62,394 nucleotides of DNA from Octopus bimaculoides (lineage: Eukaryota): the NCBI RefSeq assembly GCF_001194135.2, contig NC_068986.1, forward strand, positions 11,573,292 through 11,635,685, read 5' to 3'. The notes under the pieces were generated by a model. It worked only from the letters and a program-made list of their open reading frames with translations. It was not told where the DNA came from and ran no database searches. Position numbers and translations under genes: made by a program. This document shows positions 49,858 to 61,612 of this stretch, one piece after another; within the stretch, counting starts at the first letter, position 1; each line of letters starts with the position of its first letter.

Positions 49858-49888
49858 CTTTAGGTAGCTTCCTAACTGTGGGTAGACT
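49858..49888 (-). CDS. 31-nt internal exon (SLPTVRKLPK)
   Basis: Acceptor CACTCATCAG; donor AAG|GTAGGT; phase 0-1 is needed to join the flanking exons in frame. Confidence 0.6.
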
Positions 49889-49956
49889 CTGATGAGTGCA
49901 ATGAATATTGATAGGGTACATTTGAAAGGAAACATTGTTTTCACAGCATGACTCAC

Positions 49957-50079
49957 TTCTGGGAACCGAGCTATAGTGTAACCTTTCTCTTTTAAAGTAG
50001 TTTTCAGCTGCTCATTGGGTAAGGCACCATTTTCTGCCAGAATGGCTCCGATGATGTAGCGAGTTTTATTTGTGGATAC
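49957..50079 (-). CDS. Internal exon (VSTNKTRYIIGAILAENGALPNEQLKTTLKEKGYTIARFPE)
   Basis: Acceptor GATATTTTCCAG; only one open frame; donor GAA|GTGAGT. Confidence 0.75.
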
Positions 50080-50877
50080 CTGGAAAATATCAAAGGAGAA
50101 TCAATATAAATAGCAGTTGATAAGGTGATTTGATTTGAGTTATAAACAAAACAGAGCCGAGTGCATTGAGATGGAAGAGAGAAATAGAGAAAGTAAAACT
50201 TGTTTGACGGCTCAGCTCGTAACTCTTGACTTCAAATCGGATGGAGGCTGATGATGATGTGTTTGGAAGCAGTGAGGGAGGAGAAGATGAGAAAACAAGT
50301 ATTGATAAAATAACTAGTGATAATATACACGAGTTAATTCAACAAGAGCACACACAACAAGAGTACATATATGTTCCTTTAGAACAATAGAGTACATCTC
50401 CCTTCAAGTATGTCCAGTCAAACAGATGGGATGTTAGAGTCTGCTGAAAAATATGAGATGAGTTGTTAGAAAGATTATAATTTTTTCGAATTGATAACCT
50501 CATTATTTATAGATGAGCATTTGCCAGCTATTTCTAGGAGGTTAAGTGACCGAGTCAAGACTCCTTTGTTGGCTTGTGGTACTACTGGTTGTTGTTGTTG
50601 CTGTTGTTGTTTTGTCCCAAGTCAGACCTGATGGAGTAAATCTATCATTTATCAGGTTTCAGTCATTGGACTGCGGCCAAGATGGGGCCATGCTGGGACA
50701 GTGCCTTCAAATAGATCACAGTACTTATTTCTTTTTAAAACCTGATACTTAGTCCATAAGTGTCTTTTACCAAACTGTTAAGTCAAAGGGATGTAAACAA
50801 ACCAACGCTGGCTGTCAAGCAGTGGTGGGGAACAAAGACATATACATAGACACAGATGCTTTCTCTATCTCTCTGAG

Positions 50878-51275
50878 GAAGTGCCACACCCTAACTGTAG
50901 AAGGAACCTGTAGAAGAGGTAAACCCAGGAAGACATGGGATGAAGTAGTGAAGCATGACCTTTGAACATTGGGCCTCACAGAGGCAATGGCAGGAGACCA
51001 GGACCTCTGGAGATATGCTGTGAGATTGCAGCCACACAAGTCCAGCCCTGTTAAGAATACCCCTGATGCATCGGGCGATATGATATGCTTGAGAAGACCT
51101 GTTGAGTCAAGTAAAACCAATATCGTAGCTGGAGCCGGTGCCCCTTACTGGCTCCTGTGCCAATGGCACGTAAAAAGCACCATCTGAACGTGGTTGATGC
51201 CAGGTCCGCCTGACTGGCTCCTGTGCCAGTGACACGCAAAAAGTACCAACCAATCGTGACCGATGCCAGCAACCC
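50878..51275 (+). mobile_element. RTE LINE 3' end (ORF tail plus 3' UTR)
   Basis: KCHTLTVEGTCRRGKPRKTWDEVVKHDL*TLGLTEAMAGDQDLWRYAV followed by a family C UTR. Confidence 0.85.
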
Positions 51276-51296
51276 CTGACTGTAATAAGTAAGTAC

Positions 51297-51398
51297 GATC
51301 CAGGGATCCAAGTGTAGGAAGTTAGTAAGCTTTGAGCATGTGTGCAGTTTGTATAGACGACAAAAGGTGGCTCGTAGCCTGTGCTTTACCAGGTCCAT
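51297..51398 (-). CDS. Probable first coding exon (MDLVKHRLRATFCRLYKLHTCSKLTNFLHLDPWI)
   Basis: ATG with an in-frame upstream stop; 34 open codons; donor ATC|GTACTT; phase 0 fits the 50079 exon. Confidence 0.55.
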
Positions 51399-51680
51399 TC
51401 CTTACATACTAAGATATTAAATAGATATAACTGTTATTTACTTGACATACAAGTCCAATTAAAGAAAGACAACAATCACAGCTAAAAGAATACACAGAAT
51501 AAAACACAGGAACAATAAATGATGATGATGATGATGTAAGGTCCACATGTACAGCACTATATATCTTGCAGGTATCAATACATTATGCCTGAAAATCAGA
51601 GGCATTCCCTACATGAAAGCAAGGCAAGCAACGGATATCTAGGAAATATAAATTTCATTCATTTTATGTCTGTTTTCCAA

Positions 51681-52089
51681 CCTTTTGTTACCATATTTCT
51701 GTTGAAAGATTTTGCTACTGTTTTAACTATTTTGAAAATACTGACGAAATTAGAATAATTACTGTTGTAATTAAACTGGTGTTTGGAACAAAAATAAAAA
51801 AAAATGTTCATGGAAGAACTTAATTTAGATCACTTTAAAACAGGAAATTTGTGTCATAGAACAACGGACATCTCTGGCAAGTTAATATAAGGGTTAACCC
51901 TTTCGTTACCAGATTTCATTTGAAGCACACTGACCTGGTTTCAATTATTTTGAAAATAACAATGGAATAACTGTCATCATTAAGCTGGTGTTAATTATAA
52001 TGAAATTTTGACAAACAAATTAGATTACTTTAAACAAAGTTTATATTATAGAACTACATGCAGTGGGGGACAGATCAGTATGAATAGGG
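51681..52089 (+). mobile_element. Two tandem piggyBac-like MITEs sharing a TTAA
   Basis: Units 51681-51893 and 51898-52089 are similar throughout; CC(C)...GGG ends; TTAA at 51894-97 and 52090-93. Confidence 0.6.
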
Positions 52090-55000
52090 TTAAATAAAAA
52101 AATTTTAAAGGTGGGGGTGGGGTTATTTCAGCAGAATGAACCATTTAGTGACACTTAGTTGAGAGACATTCATGTTGTGTTTATGAAGGACATTAAAAGA
52201 TAACTCTTTTCACTCCAGAGAGGGAGATTAGGTCATGACTCCCCTTATCAACAGTTTATCTCTATTCTAATGATATTGTTTTGCTCACAAGGCCAACTTT
52301 AGAAGAGGAAAGGTGGTAAAGCTGATTGACTCAGCTTTAGTCAGTTGCTAGTAACACGGTGTACAAAGTAGTGCGGTGGATGCAGTCAAAAGGCTTGAGG
52401 GCAGAGGTTTCTGTCTCAGATCAAACCCCCATCAACTTCTTGAAGAGAGATGGAGAGAGGTGCTACTCTCTATTATATTTTAATCATAAATGAGTGAGAA
52501 TGGGGGAATTTGTGTGGCTAAATGGGTTTACTCAAACTTTGCAGCTCCAGAATGGCTTGCAAGAGCTGGAGAACTGAGAGAAGGTATATGTACTTGATGT
52601 GTTGACAATCTGGAGTTGTTACATGGATGTATGGGATACTTAGAATCCCTTTGTATGATTCCTCCCCCCCCCCTGCTCATTTCTGGACCCCTTTCTGGTT
52701 GGTATTTTATTATTCTATTGTTATTGTTATTTATCATTGTGATTATTATTATAACTGACCTTCCTCCTTCTATCATCATCACCGTCTAACGTCCGTTTTC
52801 CATGTTGGCATGGGTTGGACGGTTTGACTGAGGGCTGGCAAGCCAGAAGGCTGCACCAGGCTCCAATCTGATTTGGCAGAGTTTCTACAGCTGGATGCCC
52901 TTCTTAATGCCAACAACGCTGAGAGTGGGTGCCTTTTACGTGCCACTAGCATGTCTGTTTTGGCTTGGTTTCTACAGCTGGATGCCCTTGCTAATGTCAA
53001 ACACTTTACAGAATGTACTGGTTGCTTTGTATGTGACACTGGAATCGACAGGGTCACCAAGTACCTTGCATGACAGACCTCACTCATCTGGGAAGTGGTA
53101 TTAAGTGGGTGTGTCTGTTTGCCAGTTGAGGGATTTAAGGGGACAGATATAGGTGTCTTGTAGAGTAGACACATGGATACCCCAGTTGGAAAACAAAAGA
53201 GAGTGAGCTGGAGAGTGAGATAAAGGGAGTGATAATGTGAGAGATGAAGGTAGGGATGTGTTGGGGATGGGGGGGAAGGGACATTGGGAGTGGTGAGAGT
53301 ATAGAGGCTCGGTGAGGTGACCATAGCAAATGATGGAGAGAAATACAGGAAAGGTTGGGGGAGGGCGTGAGGATTGCAGCTGACATGTAAAGGTATTGAG
53401 GGTGACAGCAAGCAAATAAGGAGTTAATGATGGAGAGCAGCAGAGGGAGGGGAGAGAAGGTGCAGAAAGGAAGTGATTGGTGGAGACAGTAGGCGGGGAG
53501 GGGGGGTAGTAAATGTAACTGAGATCGATATAGATGCGTGTGTGCAGGAATGCGAATATAGATATTATGTAGTAATGTATTTTGTGTGTTATGATTTATA
53601 TGTCCTCTGCACCACACCTATAGTTCTGTATTTAACATTCCTGTTTCCTTCACAACCACATCACCGTTGTCATGACCCAGTTACAAACTGCAATAGCCTA
53701 TAAAACTCAGCTAGAATATACAGTGTCTGTCTATATAATACGGTTTGTGTTTGCGTGTTTCTAATAAATTATGTTAAAACCATAACGAACAGTATTATCA
53801 TCTGCAATTAACGACAAATTTAGGAATAATTTAGTTAAAAATGAATTTTTAAAAGATGACTCACTCTAGAAAGCTTAGAAAAGCATTCAGAACATTAAAA
53901 AAAAAATCTAATCCAACAAAAACAAAACAAAACTCAGTAAATGAAATCAAAACAAACAGAGAAAATCATTTTTTCAGTTATTTGTTTTTTATGGTTCTTT
54001 ATATGAAAATAACCAGCTGGTTGTTATAGTGGAAAATTTTCTTTTGAAATTCCTATGAATCCTTCATTGAACTATAAATACAGCAAGTTGTTATAGGGAA
54101 GATTACAGAAACTAGCACCACCAGAAAATGAAGTTTATTTTTAAAATTTTGCTGTCTCTTTTATACGGTTCTTTATAGGGAAGCGAAAAACTGGTTGCTA
54201 AAGCAAATATTATAACAAGACTAACTTACAAATTTGTTGATGTCTGCCTATAACTTGTTCAGAACATTACAAGGAGGTTAACTTGAACATATCATCACCA
54301 TCATCATCATCATTTCATGTATTTGTTTCATGTTGGCATTAGTCGGATGTTTCAACAAGTTCAACATAAGCACAGGCAAAGCTGTGTCATAAAAAAAGTT
54401 TGCTTCCAAACCACATGGTTCTGGTTTCAATCCCACTGCATGACACCTTGGGCAAGTGTCTTCTACTATAATCTCGGGCCGACCAAATCCTTGAGAGTGG
54501 ATCTGGTATGATCTTTGAACTTTGGGTCTCACAGCAGCCATGACCAGTGACTGAGACCTTTGACGATATGCTGTGCTTGAGAAGACTCGTCAAGTCAAGT
54601 GAAATTGTAGTCATGGCCGATGCTGGGGTCACATAACTGGCACCTGTGCCAATGGCACATAAATAGCACCTTTTGAGCATTGGTCAAACCATCCAACCCA
54701 TGCCAGCATGGACAACAGACGTATGATGATGATGATGATGATGTGTCTGTCCGTGTTTGTCCCCTGCCACAGCTTGACAACCAGTGTAGGTGTGTTTACA
54801 TCCCTGTAAATTAGCAGTTCAGCAAAAGAGATCAATAGAATAAATACTAAGCTTAACAAAAAAAGATAAGTGCTGGAGTGATTTGTTCAACTAAAGACTT
54901 TTCAAGGCAGTGCTCCAGTATGGCCACAGTCTAATGACTAAAACAAGTAAAAGATGAAAGAAGTTCCTGTTGCACCCCAAGGTCTGCTTGATGTTCTTCC

Positions 55001-55360
55001 AAATGCCAGCAACTTTTACAACAAAGCACTGGGTCCTTTCTTATTGGAGCACCAGCGCTAGGGAGGGTCACCATGCAACCTGCCAGACTAAGAAACTCTG
55101 ACCGAGGGGGATTATGAGAGACAGAGAGAGAGAGAGAGTTTCATGCTAGGTGATGAGAGATGAAGAGAGAGGAGGAGGAGCCAGAACAGGTTCCGGGTTC
55201 AGTCCCACTGCAATGACACCTTAGGTTCCCCCTATGGCATTTGTTGCCATAGGGAGAGCTACATGAAATATATTGTAGCAGTAGCTAAATAGTTGAATGA
55301 TCTCCCTTGCAAGAAAGATCATAGAGTAACCTCCCTTCCCTATGTTTCTTGAAGCATCTG

Positions 55361-55448
55361 TGTTATGAGACGTGATTCTTAATTATACAAGAAGCTTAGC
55401 GTTTCTCTTGGAAGTTTCTAGAATAATTAAGAATCACATCTCATGACA
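55361..55448. repeat. 26-bp inverted repeat (hairpin)
   Basis: TGTTATGAGACGTGATTCTTAATTAT / ATAATTAAGAATCACATCTCATGACA, 2 mismatches. Confidence 0.9.
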
Positions 55449-55513
55449 TATGTTGAGAAATTTAGGTAGCTACATTATAATAAATTACAACATATAATAG
55501 ATTAAGATACAAC

Positions 55514-55663
55514 TGCAGCATGGAAGGTGTTTATAAGCCATTTAAAAACACGAACAAATCGCGGTCTCAAAGTGACGAAAATATTTCGACAAATTAAATG
55601 TTGAAGTGAATCTAACAGTTTTTGTGTGTTTTTAAATGGCTTATAAACACCTTCCATGCTGCA
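55514..55663. repeat. Perfect 38-bp inverted repeat with 74-bp spacer
   Basis: 55514-55551 is the exact reverse complement of 55626-55663. Confidence 0.95.
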
Positions 55664-56250
55664 ATTGTTTTTGTTTCAGCACACAATCTCAGATCAGGTC
55701 ACTTGCTATGCAAGTACATCTCTGTAATATATTTAGATCATATATAATAAAAAAAGAATATTTATAAACAGAGCAAGATGCGTGACAAATGAAAAACACA
55801 TAATTGTATGAATCTAAACATACTTTGGACCAGGAATCGTTGGATTAGAAACTGTAAGTCACACCTGGCACATGGACTTTATTTAATATCTTAAATCTAT
55901 TAACCAGACATGCACAAAGAGTTGAATGAAATACAAGTGTGTGAAACCATATTTAATATGTTTGTGTAGACTCAGGAGTGGAAAGACCTTTTGTTGTCTG
56001 AAGAGGAAATTCTCCTCAAAGACCATGATCATTTTAACATCTGCTTTTCTGTCCATTCAGACAGTTTTTTTAGTGAGATTTTCTACAACTGGATACTCTG
56101 CCTGTCACCTGTTCCCAACTAAGTTAATATTTTCTCCAAACCAGAAAATCCATTTGCAGAATATTGGAAATGAAGGACACTGCTTGTATAACAGTGACAC
56201 TCATTTACGACTACCACGAGAGACACAAACACACACATATACATATATAC

Positions 56251-56281
<31 letters not shown>

Positions 56282-56472
56282 TGGTGAGCTACCTTCCAGT
56301 TTTTGTTTACCAAATCCACTTACAAGACTTTGGTTAGTCCAGGCCTATAATAGAAGACGCCCAAGGAGCCACACAGTGAGACTGAACTCAAAACCACATG
56401 GCTCAGAAGTGAACTTCTTAATTACACAGCTGCATCATCACAATGTGTGTGAAACACATTACTGTGCTATAG

Positions 56473-56573
56473 AAATATCAATGGACTACAGGACGTGTTT
56501 CTACCTCGTTACACTTCGTCAGCTAGAGACACTGAATCAGTCATGAGAATTTTCTGCCGAAACTATTTCCACC
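56473..56573 (+). CDS. Candidate exon (NINGLQDVFLPRYTSSARDTESVMRIFCRNYFH)
   Basis: Acceptor GTGCTATAG; 33 open codons; consensus donor GTAAGT; phase-2 start fits the microexon ends. Confidence 0.45.
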
Positions 56574-56756
56574 GTAAGTTTTTTTCTTACATCTGTGTGT
56601 ACATGAACATGTTAAATATGATTGTACACACCTATGTCTTAAATTTAGTTTAGGCTGTTTGAATAACGAACCAAAAACTTATTTCAAATGTTTATTTTCA
56701 TGTGTGTGAAGGAAGCAGTGCATTAATAAGTTTATGAAAAAATAAAAAATTATAAG

Positions 56757-58500
56757 CACAGGCGTGGCTGCGTGGTAAGAAGCTTGCTCCCAGCCACATG
56801 GTTCTGGTTTCAGTCCCACAGCATGGCACCTTGGGCAAGTCTCTTCTACTATAGTCTCAAGCTGACCAAAGTCCTGTGAGTGGTTCTGGCAGATGGAAAA
56901 ATGAAAGAAGTGTGTGTGTGTGTGTGTCCCCCTACCCACTGCTTAACAATCGGTGTTGGTGTGTTTATGCCCCTGTAAGCTAGCAGTTCAGCAAAAGAGA
57001 CTGATAGAACAAGTACCAGGCTTAAAAAAAAAAAAATCAAATACTGGGGTTGATTTGCTTTACTAAAACCCTTCAAGGTGGTGCCCCAGCATGACCACAG
57101 TCCAATGACTGAAACCAGAAAAAGATAAAAGATAGATGCAAGCATGGCTGTGTGGTTAAATAGATCATTGGGGTTCAGTCTCACTGTACAGCCATTGTGG
57201 ATTTGGAAAATGGAAACTGTGTGGAAGCCTGTCGTGTGTATGTGCTCTCTCCCCACCACTTCTTGATAACTGGTGTTTGTTTGTTTATATCCCCATAACT
57301 TAGCAGTTTTAGCAGAAGAGGCTAATAGAATCAATATCAGGCTTAATAAAGTAAGTACTGGGTGCAGATCAACGACCGATAATAGTGAAAAGAAAGACAA
57401 ACGAGGATTACGTGAGAGATGACTATTAGCAACCCAATTATTTATAGAGCAATTCATGAAAAGACAATGGATCAATGCAAAACAACCACAACATCTCTCA
57501 CTTCTTGCAACAAATGCCTAACACAAGATATTGTCCTTCTCTTTGTTTCTGCAACATATGTCAGATAGGCAGCAACTTATTGCAACGTGTAATTATACTG
57601 AAAAACGATTTTCAGTGAGAAGAGCTTGTTTTATGTCTATTAAAAAACAGAAAGAACAAACCTACAGAAATCATTGATTGCCTTTTTGCACACATGTGAC
57701 CTTCTTAGCTGGTCTAAGATGGAAGACTGGGATAAAAAGAAATAAAGACATGAAACGGATTACAGAATTTGGGATTGCTTTGATCCTGCCCTCCAGATAT
57801 TGTTCATGATATTTTTGTAAGTGTAGGCATGGCTGTGTGGTAAGAAGTTTGCTTCCCAACCACATGGTTCCAAGTTCAGTCCTACTGCATGGCACCCTGG
57901 GCAAGTGTCTGCTATTAGAGCCTTGGGCTGACCAAAGCCTTGTGAGTAGATTTGGTAGATAGAAACTGAAAGAAGCCCATTATATATATATATATATTTG
58001 AGTTTGTCTGTGCTTGTCCCCCCACCCCATCGCTTGACAACCAATGTTGGCATGTTTACAACCCCGTAACTTAGTGGTTTGGCAAAAGAGGCCAATAGAA
58101 TAAGTACTAGGCTTACAAAGAATAAGTCCTGGAGANNNNNNNNNNNNNNNNNNNNNNNNNNNNNNNNNNNNNNNNNNNNNNNNNNNNNNNNNNNNNNNNN
58201 NNNNNNNNNNNNNNNNNNNNAACTTAGTGGTTTGGCAAAAGAGGCCAATAGAATAAGTACTAGGCTTACAAAGAATAAGTCCTGGAGATGATTTGTTCGA
58301 CTAAATGTGGTGGCTCCAGCATGGCCACAGTCAAATGACTGAAATAAGTAAATAATACAAGAGTGCCTGACTTCCCAACGACCACATGGTTTCAGGTTCA
58401 GTCCCACTGTGCAGCACCTTGGGCAAGTGTCGTCTCCTATAGCTGCAAGCCAAACAAAGCCTTGCGAGTGGATGTGTGGACTTGTTAGGCAAAAACTGAA
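56757..58500 (+). mobile_element. Stack of SINE family B copies
   Basis: Copies at ~56757-57135, 57140-57345, 57824-58135 (continuing at 58221-58345) and 58365-58500, all plus strand. Confidence 0.85.
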
Positions 58501-59898
58501 AGAACCCAGCTGGAGCTTGGTGCAGCTCTCCAGCTCCAGTCAAACCATCCAACTCATTCTGACCTGGAGAGCAGACATTAAATGACAATGATGATAATGA
58601 TGATGATGGTGTGTGTGTGTGTGCATTTCTCTAACTCTGGCTGGTTCATACATACTGGCTTCCTAATGGCGTCATTTGCTGGCAGCCCACCATGAAGGAA
58701 TATCTGTTCTTCTTAACATGTTGCACAACCTCTGTTAACTAAAGGCTCAGTCATACAAGGTTCTCAGTTTTTAGTTTTTCACGTAAATCCAAATTATCTG
58801 TTGTTTGAGAGAGTCTGTGGAGTGCTCAGCCACTTGCATGTTAATCTCATGAGCAGGCTGTTCTGTTGAGCAGATCAACTGGAACCCTCGTCGTCGTAAC
58901 TGACAGAGTGTCATTATAAGATGAGTACTACGAAATTGTTTTGTAGATAATGACATGTGTGAAACAGTAACTGCACAGTGTTGGCGGGCAGGGGGAGGAA
59001 AGATGGGAAGAGAGAAAGAGAGAGAGAGAGGAATGTGAAGAAAAAGCAAGAGGGAAAGGAAAAGCAAAGAGATGCAGAAAGAGTGAGAGAAGGGAATGAG
59101 AGAGAAAGAAAAAGAAAAGCAGGAGATGGAGAAAGAGAAAGAGAAAATGAAAAAGAAAAAAAACCCTCACATATTACAACAATAGCAGAACCTTTTACAA
59201 TATTGGAGCTGTATGAAATTATAGCAAACTGCTTTAATATAGAAAAGATTATTGTTGTTGTTGTTGTTATTATTATTATTGTATACAACATACAAAGTGA
59301 TGAATGATGCTAAAATCAATACCAATCAACAAAACTGATGGACTATTTCAAATAATATAAAGTGAACAAAATATATCTAAATAAATAAATAAATTTTTTG
59401 TCTAATTCTGTCTTTGATAATTCACTTTGGTTTCCAATCCCTGTTGTAGTTGTTTCACTTCATTTGTCTTCTGAGGAGCAGTGATTGATGGAGTAAATAA
59501 GAGAGAGAGAGAGAAAGAGAGAGAAAGAGAGTTGTGCCTGGAAATAGAGGGATGATTCAAAGACAGATTTAGAGGGAGTGAGAGAGAGAGATGGTGGTGG
59601 TGGGGGGCTTGAGATGCGTAGGGACAAACAGAGAAAAAGAGAGAGGGGCTTAGAGAGACAGACAAAGTGAGGAAAAGAAAGAGGGTGGAAGCAGCCAGAC
59701 AAGCAACACCACTGCCATCACCACCACTATTTTATGACTACTTTTCATGGCTGTCTCTAATATATATTGTGTTTTTAAACACAACACATCCACAACAGAT
59801 ATTATCTCTGAATGAATACCGCAGTAAATTTGCATTCTGCAATGTATTTACAATAAGTATGACACAGGTGGCTATGTATATATATATATATATATATA

Positions 59899-60154
59899 TT
59901 ATTGAGTTAGAAAACAGAGGTCTAATGGATACAAATTAATTTATCAATTAATCAACATATTAACCAACAATTGTTTCATTTCTCAAATAACATTAGAATT
60001 ACAAAACATATACAAAACATATAATTTTGCCTTTTGTTATATATGTTTGGAATTTTAATCTTATTTGAGAAATGAAACAATTGTTGGTTAATATGTTGAT
60101 TAATTAATAAATTAATTTGTATCCGTTAGATCTCTCTGTTTTCTAACCCAATAA
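59899..60154. mobile_element. Foldback/MITE-like element with ~92-bp inverted arms
   Basis: 59899-59990 vs 60061-60154 are nearly perfectly complementary; the spacer is also partly self-complementary. Confidence 0.8.
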
Positions 60155-60397
60155 AAATGTTTGATATCTTACGATATTCTATATCATATATTCATTAAAG
60201 AATTATCTCTTCAAAATTTACTATATTAAACCAGTGTATCTTGGATAAATATCCCTATGAGAGGTTTGAATATCCTCATTGTGACTATATATATGTGTGT
60301 ATGTGTGTATGTATAGTGTGTGTGTGTGTGTGTGTATATATACACACACACACACACACACATTAAGCATAAGTTTCAGAGTTCGTAATTTAATTGT

Positions 60398-60492
60398 TCT
60401 CTACAGCTGTTTCACTGGCATTAAGTATCATTTATATAACTGAACTATATAATTTAATTTAAAAGTGATGTGTTACCCATATCATCAGGAGA
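60398..60492 (-). ncRNA. Degenerate hammerhead-like motif
   Basis: TCTC-CTGATGA-[68-nt AT-rich, poorly paired stem II]-GAAA-CAGCTG-TA-GAGA. Confidence 0.4.
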
Positions 60493-61569
60493 GAAAAAAT
60501 GATGACAATGATGATAATGAACTATAGACTAAAGCTAGGTTGTTGGTATGCTGCATGTGTGCACCTAATTTAAGGTATTTCGCAACAGCTGCATCACCAA
60601 TACACTCGAGAAAAGCAAGAATGTCTGAACTTGTATTCTAAAAGCACAATGTTAGATAACCTCAACTGGAGGTTATGCATCTAACAAACAGAAACTAATA
60701 TTGAGACTGATGAGGATGTGAATCATCATCATCATCATTGTTGTTGTTTAATGCCTGCTTTCCATGCTGGCATGGGTTGGATGGTTTGACTGAGGACTGG
60801 CAAGCCAGGAGGCTGTACCAGGCTCCAATCTGATCTGGCAGTGTTTCTACGGCTGGATGCCCTTCCTAATGCTAACCACTCTGATAGTGTAGTGGGTGCT
60901 TTTTATGTGTCACCAGCACGGGAGCCAGTCATGTGGCACTGGCATCAACAATGCTCAAATAGTGCCTTTTACGTGCCACTGGCATCGACCACGCTTGAAT
61001 GGTGCTTTTTACATGCCACCATGATCATGACAAAGATGATGATGAGGAGGATGGCAGTATTGATAATAGTTCTATATTTAACCTTTGACATCTGTTTCTA
61101 GTGACAGCAACCATTGACTTTCTCTTAGAATATAAACTCTCAAGTTGTCAGCATCATTGTTTTAGAAACGATGCCAAAGCAGACGGTGGAACTTGGCACA
61201 GTTCTTTGGCTTATGTCAAGCACCACTGCCAAACAATCCAACCCACATCTGCATGGAACACAGATGTTAAATGGTCATGATGATGATGATATCCATGTAG
61301 GCAAAGGTAGGATAGAATGTCATGGTTGGATTCAGCACATATTTGGTGATATTGCTTATCTAGATGGATTCAGGACCCTCATCTCACACATTTGTTTCAT
61401 TTTTGACTTGGTTCCTACAGCTGGATGCTCTTCTTAACCAATCCCATTAGAGTATGCTTGGTATCTTTTTTTTTTATGGCACCAACATTAGAGAGGTGTC
61501 CTGTCCATAACAAGACTAAAGGGACCTCACAACACAACATTTCTGCTTGCTTGTTAGTTACTTCACAGA

Positions 61570-61612
<43 letters not shown>

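Noticed and set aside
49884-49945. CTGATGA...GAAAC motif
   Set aside because: No convincing stem I or stem II
52779-53617. 160-210 aa minus ORFs rich in P/S/L/H
   Set aside because: Reverse complement of purine-rich low-complexity DNA plus RTE-tail repeats
56487-56526. Minus-strand CTGACGA...GAAACACGTC hammerhead-like string
   Set aside because: No stem II pairing, helix III not palindromic, stem I only 3 bp; overlaps a plausible plus-strand exon
55926-56546. 206-aa plus ORF
   Set aside because: Made of family E and B SINEs and microsatellite; only the last part overlaps a candidate exon in another frame
58071-58285. Exact ~65-bp direct repeat on both sides of an N gap
   Set aside because: Typical overlapping contig ends; assembly artefact
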